Below, piece by piece: positions 17,828-26,842 of a stretch of DNA of 57,411 nucleotides (positions within the stretch are counted from its first letter, which is position 1; each line of letters starts with the position of its first letter). The DNA is from a virus (taxonomy: Duplodnaviria; Heunggongvirae; Uroviricota; Caudoviricetes). The position numbers and the translations under genes are program-made. The DNA is taken from positions 92,280-149,690 of the IMG/VR virus record IMGVR_UViG_3300042465_005697. One strand, written 5' to 3'. A model generated the notes under the pieces. It searched no databases and was not told the DNA's origin. It saw only the letters and a list, made by a program, of their open reading frames with translations.

Positions 17828-18532
17828 TTAAGATCTCTCAAACCCCTCCTCAATGTGAGAACAAGTTATTTTATTAATTAAGGTACTTTTTAAATTATTT
17901 TCTAAAATGTATTTTCCACATCTATACCATAATTCAGCATCTGCGGGTAAACCAACAACACCAGTTTCATCAAATAAATCTCTATATTTTAGAGGTATTG
18001 TTTTAAAATTCATACACACCGATGAATGAATTAAAGTTTCAGGTTTAGGAATGAAATCAACATACAACTCATCAGTGTTAATTTTAGGGAAAACTAAATT
18101 ATGTACGTATCTTGATTTCGTACAAATCCAATCAGAATTGTTTAACTCAATACATTGCTTAATTGTCTCTAAATGTGATGAATCCCACTCATCGTCATGA
18201 TCTAAATGACAAATATAGTAGTTACCTTCAGACATAGAGAGATCAACACCATAATTTGTTGCGTTAACACCACCATAAGACCATATTGCAAATTTATTAC
18301 TATAAAAATCTCGTTCTTTAGCGACATCTAAATTAACAAACGTTATTTTACTTTGATCGTAATTAGATATTAATGACTCAACCTCATTAGGGTGTTCATA
18401 CCTATCCCCAATTAAGTAAATTTTAAAATCCTGATGGGTTTGATTAAATACAGAATCTAAAGCTCTTTTTAGGTAGGTCAGTGTTGATCCATCCCATCTA
18501 TAATATGTTGGAATTACAATTGATAATTTCAT
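17828..18532 (-). CDS. Glycosyltransferase family 2
   Basis: LSIVIPTY, SVFNQTHQDFKIYLIGD, YICHLDHDDEW. Confidence 0.85.
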   Translation of the reverse strand: MKLSIVIPTYYRWDGSTLTYLKRALDSVFNQTHQDFKIYLIGDRYEHPNEVESLISNYDQSKITFVNLDVAKERDFYSNKFAIWSYGGVNATNYGVDLSMSEGNYYICHLDHDDEWDSSHLETIKQCIELNNSDWICTKSRYVHNLVFPKINTDELYVDFIPKPETLIHSSVCMNFKTIPLKYRDLFDETGVVGLPADAELWYRCGKYILENNLKSTLINKITCSHIEEGFERS

Positions 18533-18537
18533 TTTTT

Positions 18538-19128
18538 TTATTTTATTTTTTTTGCCGGTGTTCCAACATATGTTCCAGACTCATTTATGTTTTTAACAAC
18601 ACCTGTGTTTAAACCGATTGTAGACAAACTATGAATATTTATATTTTGTTTTACACATGAATTTGTCCCAATATATACACAATCATATATTGTACAGTTA
18701 CCGGATATTTTAGCTCCAGGTGCCGTTGTAAAGTAGTCACCAATTTTACAATCATGACCAATTGTGGTTTGTAAATTTAAATGTGCGTGTTTACCTATTG
18801 TGATATTTGTAGTTAAAATACATCCGGCACATATGATACTACCTTCTCCAATAAAAGTATCGTTTCCTAATATTTGAGCACTTGGGTGAATAAATTTAAA
18901 ATATTTAGTATCTTTAGGAAGTCTTTGGGTCATATCAAACCTATCTTTTGGGTCTCCAATTGCAACTATAACTTCATATTTTTTTGAATCAAATTTTGAT
19001 AACGGAAATATATAATCGTCATTTTCTTTCCAATATTCGTCATCAACAAAACATTTTATTTTTGGATCTCCAATATGTGATTTTATTTCTCTTGCGAAAC
19101 CACCACCACCTATTAACGCTTTTTTCAT
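18538..19128 (-). CDS. Sugar N/O-acetyltransferase, PglD/NeuD family (hexapeptide repeats)
   Basis: LIGGGGFARE, VIVAIGDP, FIHPSAQI, IGEGSIICAG, TIGHDCKIGD, YVGTPAK. Confidence 0.9.
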   Translation of the reverse strand: MKKALIGGGGFAREIKSHIGDPKIKCFVDDEYWKENDDYIFPLSKFDSKKYEVIVAIGDPKDRFDMTQRLPKDTKYFKFIHPSAQILGNDTFIGEGSIICAGCILTTNITIGKHAHLNLQTTIGHDCKIGDYFTTAPGAKISGNCTIYDCVYIGTNSCVKQNINIHSLSTIGLNTGVVKNINESGTYVGTPAKKIK

Positions 19129-19138
19129 ATTATAGATT

Positions 19139-19870
19139 TTAAGTTAACCAAAATTCAACATTTTGCCAAACTTCGTTTAAAGTGTAATTATTTATTGGGT
19201 CCTGTATAGTCCCTATTTTTTTAGATTCATTTTCAATGAGATATGGGACTTCATCAAGAGTATTATATTTTAATAAACTACGCAAATCAACTTGAGTATT
19301 CATAATGGTTTTAATTCCCATGAGACCTAAATCACAAACAGTTGTTAAACCACTATCTGTTGTAAAATTTATAGAAACAAAACTTTTTTTATAATATTCT
19401 TCCACAACATTTTGAAATGGTATTGGGGGGTCTTGGGATAGTGTGATAATTTCGTAATTAATTTTTTTTTGTAACTCCACAATAATTTTACTTCCCATCT
19501 GTATATTATCTTGAGGTCTTCTAAGATATACAAATACTTTATCATTTAAAATAGTGGGGGTTATAATCTCATTATTTCTAGTCTCAATCCATCCATGCTT
19601 AACTGATATGTCAGATGGTATTTTAGCAAATGGACTATAAAACGAAATAACATTTTTTTTATCTATTGATGATAAAAAAGTATCTGTTTTATCCGCAAAA
19701 TAAAGTAATTTATAACCTTTATGGTTATTAATTAAATCCACTTGTTGTGATACCCCAAAAAACAAGCAAGGAGCATATGGGTCAATATAATCATTTAAAC
19801 CCCATTTTTGTTTAATTCCTTCTTTAAAATAGATAACATTTTTTGCTACCGATACTTGCTCAAACTTCAC
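19139..19870 (-). CDS. Hypothetical protein, possibly GT-B-like
   Basis: C-terminal SGLTTVCDLGLMGIKTI resembles GT-B motifs; located in a sugar-gene cluster. Confidence 0.45.
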   Translation of the reverse strand: MKFEQVSVAKNVIYFKEGIKQKWGLNDYIDPYAPCLFFGVSQQVDLINNHKGYKLLYFADKTDTFLSSIDKKNVISFYSPFAKIPSDISVKHGWIETRNNEIITPTILNDKVFVYLRRPQDNIQMGSKIIVELQKKINYEIITLSQDPPIPFQNVVEEYYKKSFVSINFTTDSGLTTVCDLGLMGIKTIMNTQVDLRSLLKYNTLDEVPYLIENESKKIGTIQDPINNYTLNEVWQNVEFWLT

Positions 19871-19875
19871 TTATT

Positions 19876-20496
19876 TTAATTTTTTTTATGAACAGAAAAA
19901 TCACCATACGATTTAATTAATGTTGATTCTTTATTTAAATGGTTGTTAATTGAGTTGATAACACCAGGCCATGTTATGTCGTCCATTATTATATACCCAC
20001 CTTTTTTAATTAAGGGTAAATATAATTGAATATCTTTGGTAACATATTCCTCATCATGATTCCCATCAATATGGATAATATCAATAGACTCCATTTTTAA
20101 GTTATTATAATAATCTTCCGACTTACTTTTTACTAAAGATACGGTATTTTTTAAGTCATTTTCATTTATGACTTTTAATAACCCATCATAAAGTTTATCT
20201 AAAACAATTTGATCTTTAAATAAAACACCATAAATATGGTCATTTAACGATTTATTTGGGATTTCATTTTTTAATGTATCCATTGAATATGGGTCAATAC
20301 CAATTACCAAACCTTTAGTAATTTCTAAAGCTTCGGCAAAATACATTAATGACGCTCCTTTGAAAACCCCAATCTCAACACATAATTGAGCTTTAATTTC
20401 CATAATAAGGTTTTTAATGACATTTCCTTTAGTTTCGTCACATCGACCACCACTATCGTATTGGTCTTTAATAATTAAATCATGTAAGTTTCTCAT
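19876..20496 (-). CDS. Class I SAM-dependent methyltransferase (Methyltransf_24-like)
   Basis: CVEIGVFKGAS, VIGIDPY, IDIIHIDGNH, KKGGYIIMDD. Confidence 0.9.
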   Translation of the reverse strand: MRNLHDLIIKDQYDSGGRCDETKGNVIKNLIMEIKAQLCVEIGVFKGASLMYFAEALEITKGLVIGIDPYSMDTLKNEIPNKSLNDHIYGVLFKDQIVLDKLYDGLLKVINENDLKNTVSLVKSKSEDYYNNLKMESIDIIHIDGNHDEEYVTKDIQLYLPLIKKGGYIIMDDITWPGVINSINNHLNKESTLIKSYGDFSVHKKN

Positions 20497-21127
20497 TATT
20501 ATTAGTATAAATTTTAAATTTAGATAAATCAGGGTAGGGTAATTCTAAATCTTGATTATGTTTAGGTGTTCCATCAAGATTATAGAATTGATTCATTAAT
20601 AAAAGGCCTCTAGCCGCCAACTCTGGCATCATGTAAAAATTCCACCCAATCATATCAAAATGATCGTCATGGTATGAACATTCACGTCTACCACTATATC
20701 TCGCTCTTTTAAACCAAAGATACGCATCGTGATCGTCAGTTAAAATTGCGCCTCCTTTAGATAATTTAAAATGTTTATATGGTCCTGTAAATGAAATACA
20801 CATATGAGTATTTTGAATATACATATTGTTAGTAAATCTTAATGCCGAATCCCAAATCTTAGTTGGGTATAACTGGTAGGCACCTTTTAATGTTTTACCT
20901 TCAGTATGTTTAAATTTAACTTTTCCTCCCGCATGAATAATTTCACAAGGTACTGAAGGGTATGTTCTTGACGGTATTTCAATTTCCATATTTTTTACAT
21001 TTTCATACATTAAACATAAAAATAATGCATTACTTTGATTATCTACCGTGATCACATATGGTGATCCAGTGTAATCGGACAACGATTTCTCAAAGTCCTC
21101 AGTTATTTTATAAATACCATTTGCCAT
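20480..21127 (-). CDS. DegT/DnrJ/EryC1/StrS-family sugar aminotransferase, short form
   Basis: FEKSLSDYTG, IEIPSRTYPSV, WDSA, CISFTGPYKHFKLSKGGAILTDD, GWNFYMMPELAARGL; only 215 aa. Confidence 0.8.
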   Translation of the reverse strand: MANGIYKITEDFEKSLSDYTGSPYVITVDNQSNALFLCLMYENVKNMEIEIPSRTYPSVPCEIIHAGGKVKFKHTEGKTLKGAYQLYPTKIWDSALRFTNNMYIQNTHMCISFTGPYKHFKLSKGGAILTDDHDAYLWFKRARYSGRRECSYHDDHFDMIGWNFYMMPELAARGLLLMNQFYNLDGTPKHNQDLELPYPDLSKFKIYTNNNEKLT

Positions 21128-21129
21128 AA

Positions 21130-22641
21130 TTAAACAATTACTATATTGTGTTTTATTTTTTCAAAACTATTTTTTATTTTAGGAAATAAAATGTTATTAT
21201 AATCATAAGTTAATTTTTTTAAATTATCTTCATCTTCATTTCTTGTTGATGATTCATAATGATATGCAACGCAATTACTATTAATATAATTAATATAGCC
21301 ATTATTTATATTTTCAATATTTAATTCTACATCTTCAAAACAAGACGTATATTGCTCATTAAACATTCCTAATTTATTAAATATTTTATTTCTTATCATT
21401 AATAATCCCCCTGTGTTACCAAACACACTTCTAATATTGGTATTGAAATTATAATAATTGTGTAAATTATAATGACCTACTTGGATAGTTTTAGTGTTTT
21501 GGTTAAATCCAATCAACACACCGTCGTGTTGTATCGTATTATCTCCAAAGTGTAATCTACACCCAACAGTACCAACCCCATGATGCGTGTTAAAAACATC
21601 TAACATACCTGTAATAACATTATTAAGGATTTTAATATCATTGTTACAAAACAGTAAAAATTCATAATCATCCAATACGTGATTTTTAACTACGTCGTTA
21701 TTAATTTTAGCAAAATTATAATAATCGTATTCAATTAATTTTATATTTGTATAAACACCAATATCCAATTTTAGTTGTTCTTTTTCTTCGTCGGTTGATC
21801 CTGTATCCGCAATAAATATGTCAAATAAATTAGAGTTACAATTATCATAGAATGAATGAATACAATCCATTAACATATTAATTTTACCTTTTGTTGGTAT
21901 TATAATGGCAACTTTACCAAATTTTTTAAATGTTTTTTCTTTAATCTCCGGAACATAAACAGATTCGGGTTTAAGGTCTAATGGTAATTCACTTCCCCAC
22001 TTCTCAACGAACTTATCTTTGCTTTCCCAAAATTCTTGGTTTGGTCTTCCAACAGATTGATGTGTTATCTCAAATGATGAGGTTACACCAATCTTAACTC
22101 CCGATAAGTAATTTGGTACACAGAATAGGTGATCGTAGAAGTGGAACTTACCAATGGTTGTATCAAACATATGGTTGCACTTTGTTTTATCAAATGACAT
22201 AAACAAACCATCAATCGTTACTACAGGAATTAAAAATGGTAATTTTGGTGAATATTTACTTAAGAATTTTTTTTGACCATCAGGATGATGATAAACTTGT
22301 CCTACCATAGTTTGATTCATTCTATCCCAATAAACTCCTGATTCGGGAAAATAACAAGAACCTGCTTTTCCAATAATACCATAGTCGGGATTATCTTCAA
22401 AATCTTTTAATAATTTTTTACCCCAATTTTTTTCAAGTTTAATGTCGTTATGACAACAAACTACAATATCATATATTGATTCGGTAACACCTGAATTATA
22501 TACATTAGATAATGAATGTTCATTATGATTTTCATATTCTAATATTTGAACATCCTTTAACCCAACAGTTTGTAACAAATGTTGTCTAAATTTGTTATTA
22601 TATTCTTGATCTTTATGTGTTGAATATATTATTGTTATCAT
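21130..22641 (-). CDS. Tandem double glycosyltransferase (GT2-like + GT2)
   Basis: Two GT-A domains: IVVCCHNDI...TIDGLFM...FHFYD, then VAIIIPTKG...LLFCNNDI...FEDVELN. Confidence 0.85.
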   Translation of the reverse strand: MITIIYSTHKDQEYNNKFRQHLLQTVGLKDVQILEYENHNEHSLSNVYNSGVTESIYDIVVCCHNDIKLEKNWGKKLLKDFEDNPDYGIIGKAGSCYFPESGVYWDRMNQTMVGQVYHHPDGQKKFLSKYSPKLPFLIPVVTIDGLFMSFDKTKCNHMFDTTIGKFHFYDHLFCVPNYLSGVKIGVTSSFEITHQSVGRPNQEFWESKDKFVEKWGSELPLDLKPESVYVPEIKEKTFKKFGKVAIIIPTKGKINMLMDCIHSFYDNCNSNLFDIFIADTGSTDEEKEQLKLDIGVYTNIKLIEYDYYNFAKINNDVVKNHVLDDYEFLLFCNNDIKILNNVITGMLDVFNTHHGVGTVGCRLHFGDNTIQHDGVLIGFNQNTKTIQVGHYNLHNYYNFNTNIRSVFGNTGGLLMIRNKIFNKLGMFNEQYTSCFEDVELNIENINNGYINYINSNCVAYHYESSTRNEDEDNLKKLTYDYNNILFPKIKNSFEKIKHNIVIV

Positions 22642-23246
22642 ATTCCAGTACTTCCGAATCCTTTTTCTCCTCGGTCTTTATTATTTATGTTATCAACCTT
22701 TGTTAATTTGATCCATTTACCTGAAACCACAGGACTAATAACTGCTTGGGCAATTTTTTGTCCTTTGTTAATTGTAATATTATTTTTTGTCGTATTAAAT
22801 AATATAACTTGAATTTCTCCTGTATATCCTTGATCCACCGTCCCTGGAGAATTTAATACCATAAGACCTTGTTTTAACGCCAAACCACTCTTAGACCTCA
22901 CCTGTACCTCATACCCGTCAGGAATATCAATATGTAACCCCGTTGGAATTAATGATCTACCAAACGATTCTATTTCAATTTCTTCAGTTGAAAACAAATC
23001 AAACCCATAATCTGTTGGGTAAGCATATGACGGATCAATAGAATCAACGTTGGATTGAGAATACTCAACCTTCATTTTTTGTTCAAAGTTTGCCATATCT
23101 CGTTCAAGTTCGGCAACATCAACACCAAAGATATCCATTATGTTTTGGTAGTCAGGTTCTTCATCACCAAACATATCCTCAAGTTCTTGGAGATTTTCTA
23201 GTTGATTAAGTAAGTCTCCAAGATTTTCTTCTTCTTCGTTAATCAT
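22638..23246 (-). CDS. dut: Trimeric dUTPase with acidic N-terminal extension
   Basis: GFDL, RSKSGLALK, NSPGTVDQGYTGEIQV, KIAQAV, RGEKGFGSTG. Confidence 0.95.
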   Translation of the reverse strand: MINEEEENLGDLLNQLENLQELEDMFGDEEPDYQNIMDIFGVDVAELERDMANFEQKMKVEYSQSNVDSIDPSYAYPTDYGFDLFSTEEIEIESFGRSLIPTGLHIDIPDGYEVQVRSKSGLALKQGLMVLNSPGTVDQGYTGEIQVILFNTTKNNITINKGQKIAQAVISPVVSGKWIKLTKVDNINNKDRGEKGFGSTGI

Positions 23247-23962
23247 TTTAATTCCTTTAATTTTTTAATAGTATCAACCAGTACCACAACATCTTTTTCG
23301 CAGTAATCTGAAATCTCTTTTAACATATTTTTATTCCAATAGTAGTCGTGAACTTTATCTCCCGTCACTTCACCATCTTTTGGTGTTGGTATATCCAAAC
23401 AAGTACACATAAGATCCAACGATCCGATAGATGTGTAAGAACCATATTGCCAAATCTCTTTGGTGTCAATTGCCTTAACTTCCCAAGGTTTTGTATCATA
23501 CGATGGTAAAAGTTTTGACGGCATAATCCCATTTATAATCATTCGTTTTGCCATCATCGGAATATCAAAATTCTTTAGGTTATGACCGCAAAGATAAAAA
23601 TCCAATTTATGGCAACGATTTAACAAATCCCTAACTTGGATTAACACTTCCTTTTCGTCATCCCCAGAGAATGTTTGTTTTTTAACATCTCCATTGTCCA
23701 TAACAAAAGCCATAGATACACAAACAATCTTTGCAAATTCAGGAACAAGAGCTGCTCTTTTAACAAAAACTTTGTTTTTCAATTCAACCTCAGATTCATC
23801 ACCAGTGTTATCCTCTGGAAATCTTTTTAAGAACCAATCAAAATACTTATCAAACTGATCGGCAATGTTTGGATTGTTTTCTTTACAGGTGTCATAATCT
23901 TTACAACCACCCACAGTTTCTACATCAAGAAACAAAATTTTTGTTATTGGTATGTTAATCAT
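23243..23962 (-). CDS. Stand-alone 3'-5' exonuclease (DnaQ/PolB-exo-like)
   Basis: FLDVETV (ExoI), CGHNLKNFDIP (ExoII), YCEKDV (ExoIII). Confidence 0.9.
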   Translation of the reverse strand: MINIPITKILFLDVETVGGCKDYDTCKENNPNIADQFDKYFDWFLKRFPEDNTGDESEVELKNKVFVKRAALVPEFAKIVCVSMAFVMDNGDVKKQTFSGDDEKEVLIQVRDLLNRCHKLDFYLCGHNLKNFDIPMMAKRMIINGIMPSKLLPSYDTKPWEVKAIDTKEIWQYGSYTSIGSLDLMCTCLDIPTPKDGEVTGDKVHDYYWNKNMLKEISDYCEKDVVVLVDTIKKLKELK

Positions 23963-23965
23963 TTT

Positions 23966-25195
23966 TTATTTAATTATTGATAAGTAAAATTCTTTTCTAT
24001 CTATTGTTACCTTATTAAGGTCGTAACGGTCTTTAACCGTTTCGTATAATCTTTCACCCATATCGGTAATCATATTTGGGTTATCAACCAACTTCTTAAT
24101 ATATTTTGCCCAATCACTATGGTTATTATTTTTATTAACCAATAAAGCATTACCATCAGTAAAATTACCATTATTAAGTGAATGTTTCAAATCAATCGTG
24201 TATGGTCCAACATTAGATGCAATCAATGCCTTTTTATAAAATCCTGCCTCAATAACTTTAAGTTGTGATTTCATTCTGTTAAATACGTGATCAACAATTG
24301 GTGATAAAGAAATATCAAACTTAGAGTAGTTCTTAGCATATGTTGTTGTTGGTTTTGTCCATACTCTAACATAATTTTCATTTTGCCATCCAGGATATTC
24401 ACCATCCTCAAACTTATCCAAATACTCCTTATATTTTGGTGTAACAATTTTATATTTGTCGGTAAAAATTTCTTCATACTTAACCCAAACAGTTTCTTCA
24501 GGTTTAATTGCCCGTTTTGTTTCTTGGTTTGTTTGTTTGTTAATTTCTGTTACCGTCCCTCTTGTGTCAAAACCACAAACATAATATTGTATTTTATCTT
24601 TGATTGGTGATAATTTTGAAACCATACCATCTAACAATTTTAAATCGTGTAAATGTGATGATCCACCCAACCAACCAACTCTTACTTTATCAGATGGTAA
24701 TGTTGGTTCATTAAATTGAGATTCCTTTGGGTTAATTGCGTTTGGAAATACAAAAACGTTTTTATTAAATTTTTTAATTTCAAATGCAAAAATCTCAGTT
24801 GTTGTTGTAACGTAAGATGAAACCTTAAGATTTGCAATAATTTTTTCGTGAATCTTATTATTTAAAATTAATTGTTGAATTGGGTGTTCCTTTGTTGGTA
24901 ACCAATAATCATCAATATCTGCAATAACAATTATTCCCATAGATTTAAGTTTCTCAATCAATGCGGGACATTTATCATAATCGGTTCCGATAGTTCTATG
25001 GTAATGAACAATATGGTATTGCAACCAATAATTCATATCGTCAATTCTTGGTTGATAATCTATTTCAACATGAAAATCATCAGGATATAAATTTTGTAAC
25101 ATTACATGGGGGTCGACAGAGCGAAATTTACCTCAGCCAACCCCAGAAGTGTCACTTGGGAGAACCAATACTCTGATTCTCTCACGACCATTCAT
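23966..25195 (-). CDS. GT-B glycosyltransferase with an in-frame TGA at codon 21 (candidate recoded gene)
   Basis: ATG 25195 is in frame with the track ORF starting at 25102: MNGRERIRVLVLPSDTSGVG-TGA(25135-25133)-GKFRSVDPHVMLQN. C-terminal DISLSPI...FNRMKSQLKVIEAG is GT4-like. Confidence 0.75.
25109..25144 (-). other. mRNA hairpin enclosing GGC-UGA-GGU
   Basis: GGGGUUGGC (25144-25136) pairs fully with GUCGACCCC (25117-25109): 9 bp including 2 GU pairs. After a U-U mismatch, GAG pairs with CUC. Confidence 0.7.
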
Positions 25196-25199
25196 GGGG

Positions 25200-26108
25200 T
25201 TATTTTGCGTCATATTTTTTAATTAGTTTATTTATTATTGTGTGATCCTCCTTTAAATCAGATTCCCACACTATTTCTAAATTATAACCCTTTTCTCTTA
25301 TTAAGTCAATCTTGTTTTTATCATACTCCCACAATTCTTTCGCAGTCTTTTGTTTTTTTTGGTTAAAATAATCGGGACCATATTTTTTTGGATTACAATG
25401 CCAATAATCACCATTATATTCAATAACCAAATTTAATGATGGGATAAAAATATCACATATTTTAGTTTCAACCCTTAATGAGTGTTGAACAACATATCCC
25501 ATTTTTCTAATTTCAACAACTATTTCTTTTTCCTTTTTAGATCTTATAACGGATTTAAGTTTCCCTAACCTCCTCGTTTCCTTCATCGTATCAGACATAA
25601 TTTTTCTTGCGTGTTCCATTTCACCATTATCCCATTTTTTCTTTAGATTAATTGATGATTTTTTCCTCCACATTAAATTTGCCATACTATTTTTATTACC
25701 GGTTGCCTTACCCTTACGATTTTTAGAAATTTTTTCCTTTGATTCTTTAGAATGTGTTTTACCAAAAAATGGGTTGCCCTCACCAATTTGGCGAATAAGA
25801 CTACATTTTTTACATAACGAATTTTTTAAATTAAAATAATTTCTACAAGCAATAGTCCTATCTTTTGATGTTGTCTTAACATCAAAACCACAATCAGGAC
25901 ATTTCCTCAAAATAACATATTTGTTATCATTTTTGATTATTTTTAAAGAATTACATCTATCTCTTTTTCTGGTTACGTTATGTTTTTTAAGTATTTTTAA
26001 AATTGTTGGTTTTGACACGAATAATTCTTTTGCCAACACTAACGAACTTTTACCCCCCAAGTATTCTTTAATAATAAATTGTTCGTTTAATTCTATTTTT
26101 TTTGCCAT
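25200..26108 (-). mobile_element. Free-standing homing endonuclease gene: HTH + Zn-ribbon + NUMOD3 + Vsr/DUF559-like PD-(D/E)xK nuclease
   Basis: CPDC...CKKC; GNPFFGKTHSKESKEKIS (NUMOD3); CDIFIPSLNLVIEYNGDYWH...WE.YD..K...IVWE (Vsr/EDxHD-like). Confidence 0.85.
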
Positions 26109-26125
26109 AATTAATGTGTATATAT

Positions 26126-26133
26126 TATAAATA
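26126..26133 (-). promoter_or_regulatory. TATTTATA motif
   Basis: 17 nt upstream of ATG 26108, downstream of a terminator. Confidence 0.55.
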
Positions 26134-26167
26134 GTCCCGTTCTATCAAAAGGTAAAATACTAATAAC

Positions 26168-26197
26168 AAAAAACCCCCAATCTTAAGAATGGAGGTT
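26168..26197 (-). terminator. Rho-independent terminator
   Basis: Minus strand AACCTCCAtTC-ttaa-GAtTGGGGGTT, running into a T tract, after the stop at 26230. Confidence 0.7.
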
Positions 26198-26229
26198 AGC
26201 CGATGTAATAAAATACAAAGGGGTGCGTA

Positions 26230-26841
26230 TTATTCTGAAACTTTACGAACTCTTAATAGTTTTCCTTCAAATATATGTTGGCCAACTCTGAATTTAAAAA
26301 CTTCATTTGATTTTTTTGTGGATTCAACTAACAGACCATTTTCTTTAAGAACGTCTTGTACTGTTTCCCTAACGATACTTCTAATATCATCTGAGGATAT
26401 TGAGACTGATGGTTGTGTTTGTTGTGGTTGTTGTGTTCTTTTTGGGACATTCTCATTAATTAAATCACCATTTGCTTTTGTATTCATTAGACGAGATGCT
26501 TTCTCAATTAGATCACTTGATAACACTGAATTATTTACCGATGAATTTGGTTGTTGTATTGGGTGTTCCATCATTAACCTTTTAATTTCATCTGGTAGTT
26601 TTGAATTTGCTATTCTATCTGCTGATGGAACTTCTGTATTCATTTTTTGTATTGGAGCCTCTGTTAGGTATTCCTGTGGTAAATTATAATTTGCCGATAC
26701 TGGTGAGAAGTCCTCAACCATTGGTGATGACATTGATTGTGATGGAATTGATTGTGATCCACCTCTACCCATTGTATCATGCTTTTGCATGATTTGTTTG
26801 GATATAATTAACTTATTTATTAAATCTTGTTCTGCTGACAT
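26230..26841 (-). CDS. Hypothetical protein (Q/P/S-rich, low complexity)
   Basis: 203-aa ORF coupled to the WYL gene. Confidence 0.7.
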   Translation of the reverse strand: MSAEQDLINKLIISKQIMQKHDTMGRGGSQSIPSQSMSSPMVEDFSPVSANYNLPQEYLTEAPIQKMNTEVPSADRIANSKLPDEIKRLMMEHPIQQPNSSVNNSVLSSDLIEKASRLMNTKANGDLINENVPKRTQQPQQTQPSVSISSDDIRSIVRETVQDVLKENGLLVESTKKSNEVFKFRVGQHIFEGKLLRVRKVSE

Positions 26842-26842
26842 A

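Noticed and set aside
25100-25145. SECIS-directed selenocysteine insertion at the TGA
   Set aside because: The stop lies inside the stem rather than just 5' of a SECIS-like hairpin, the position is not an obvious catalytic Cys site, and no sel genes are in the window. It is not fully excluded without MS.
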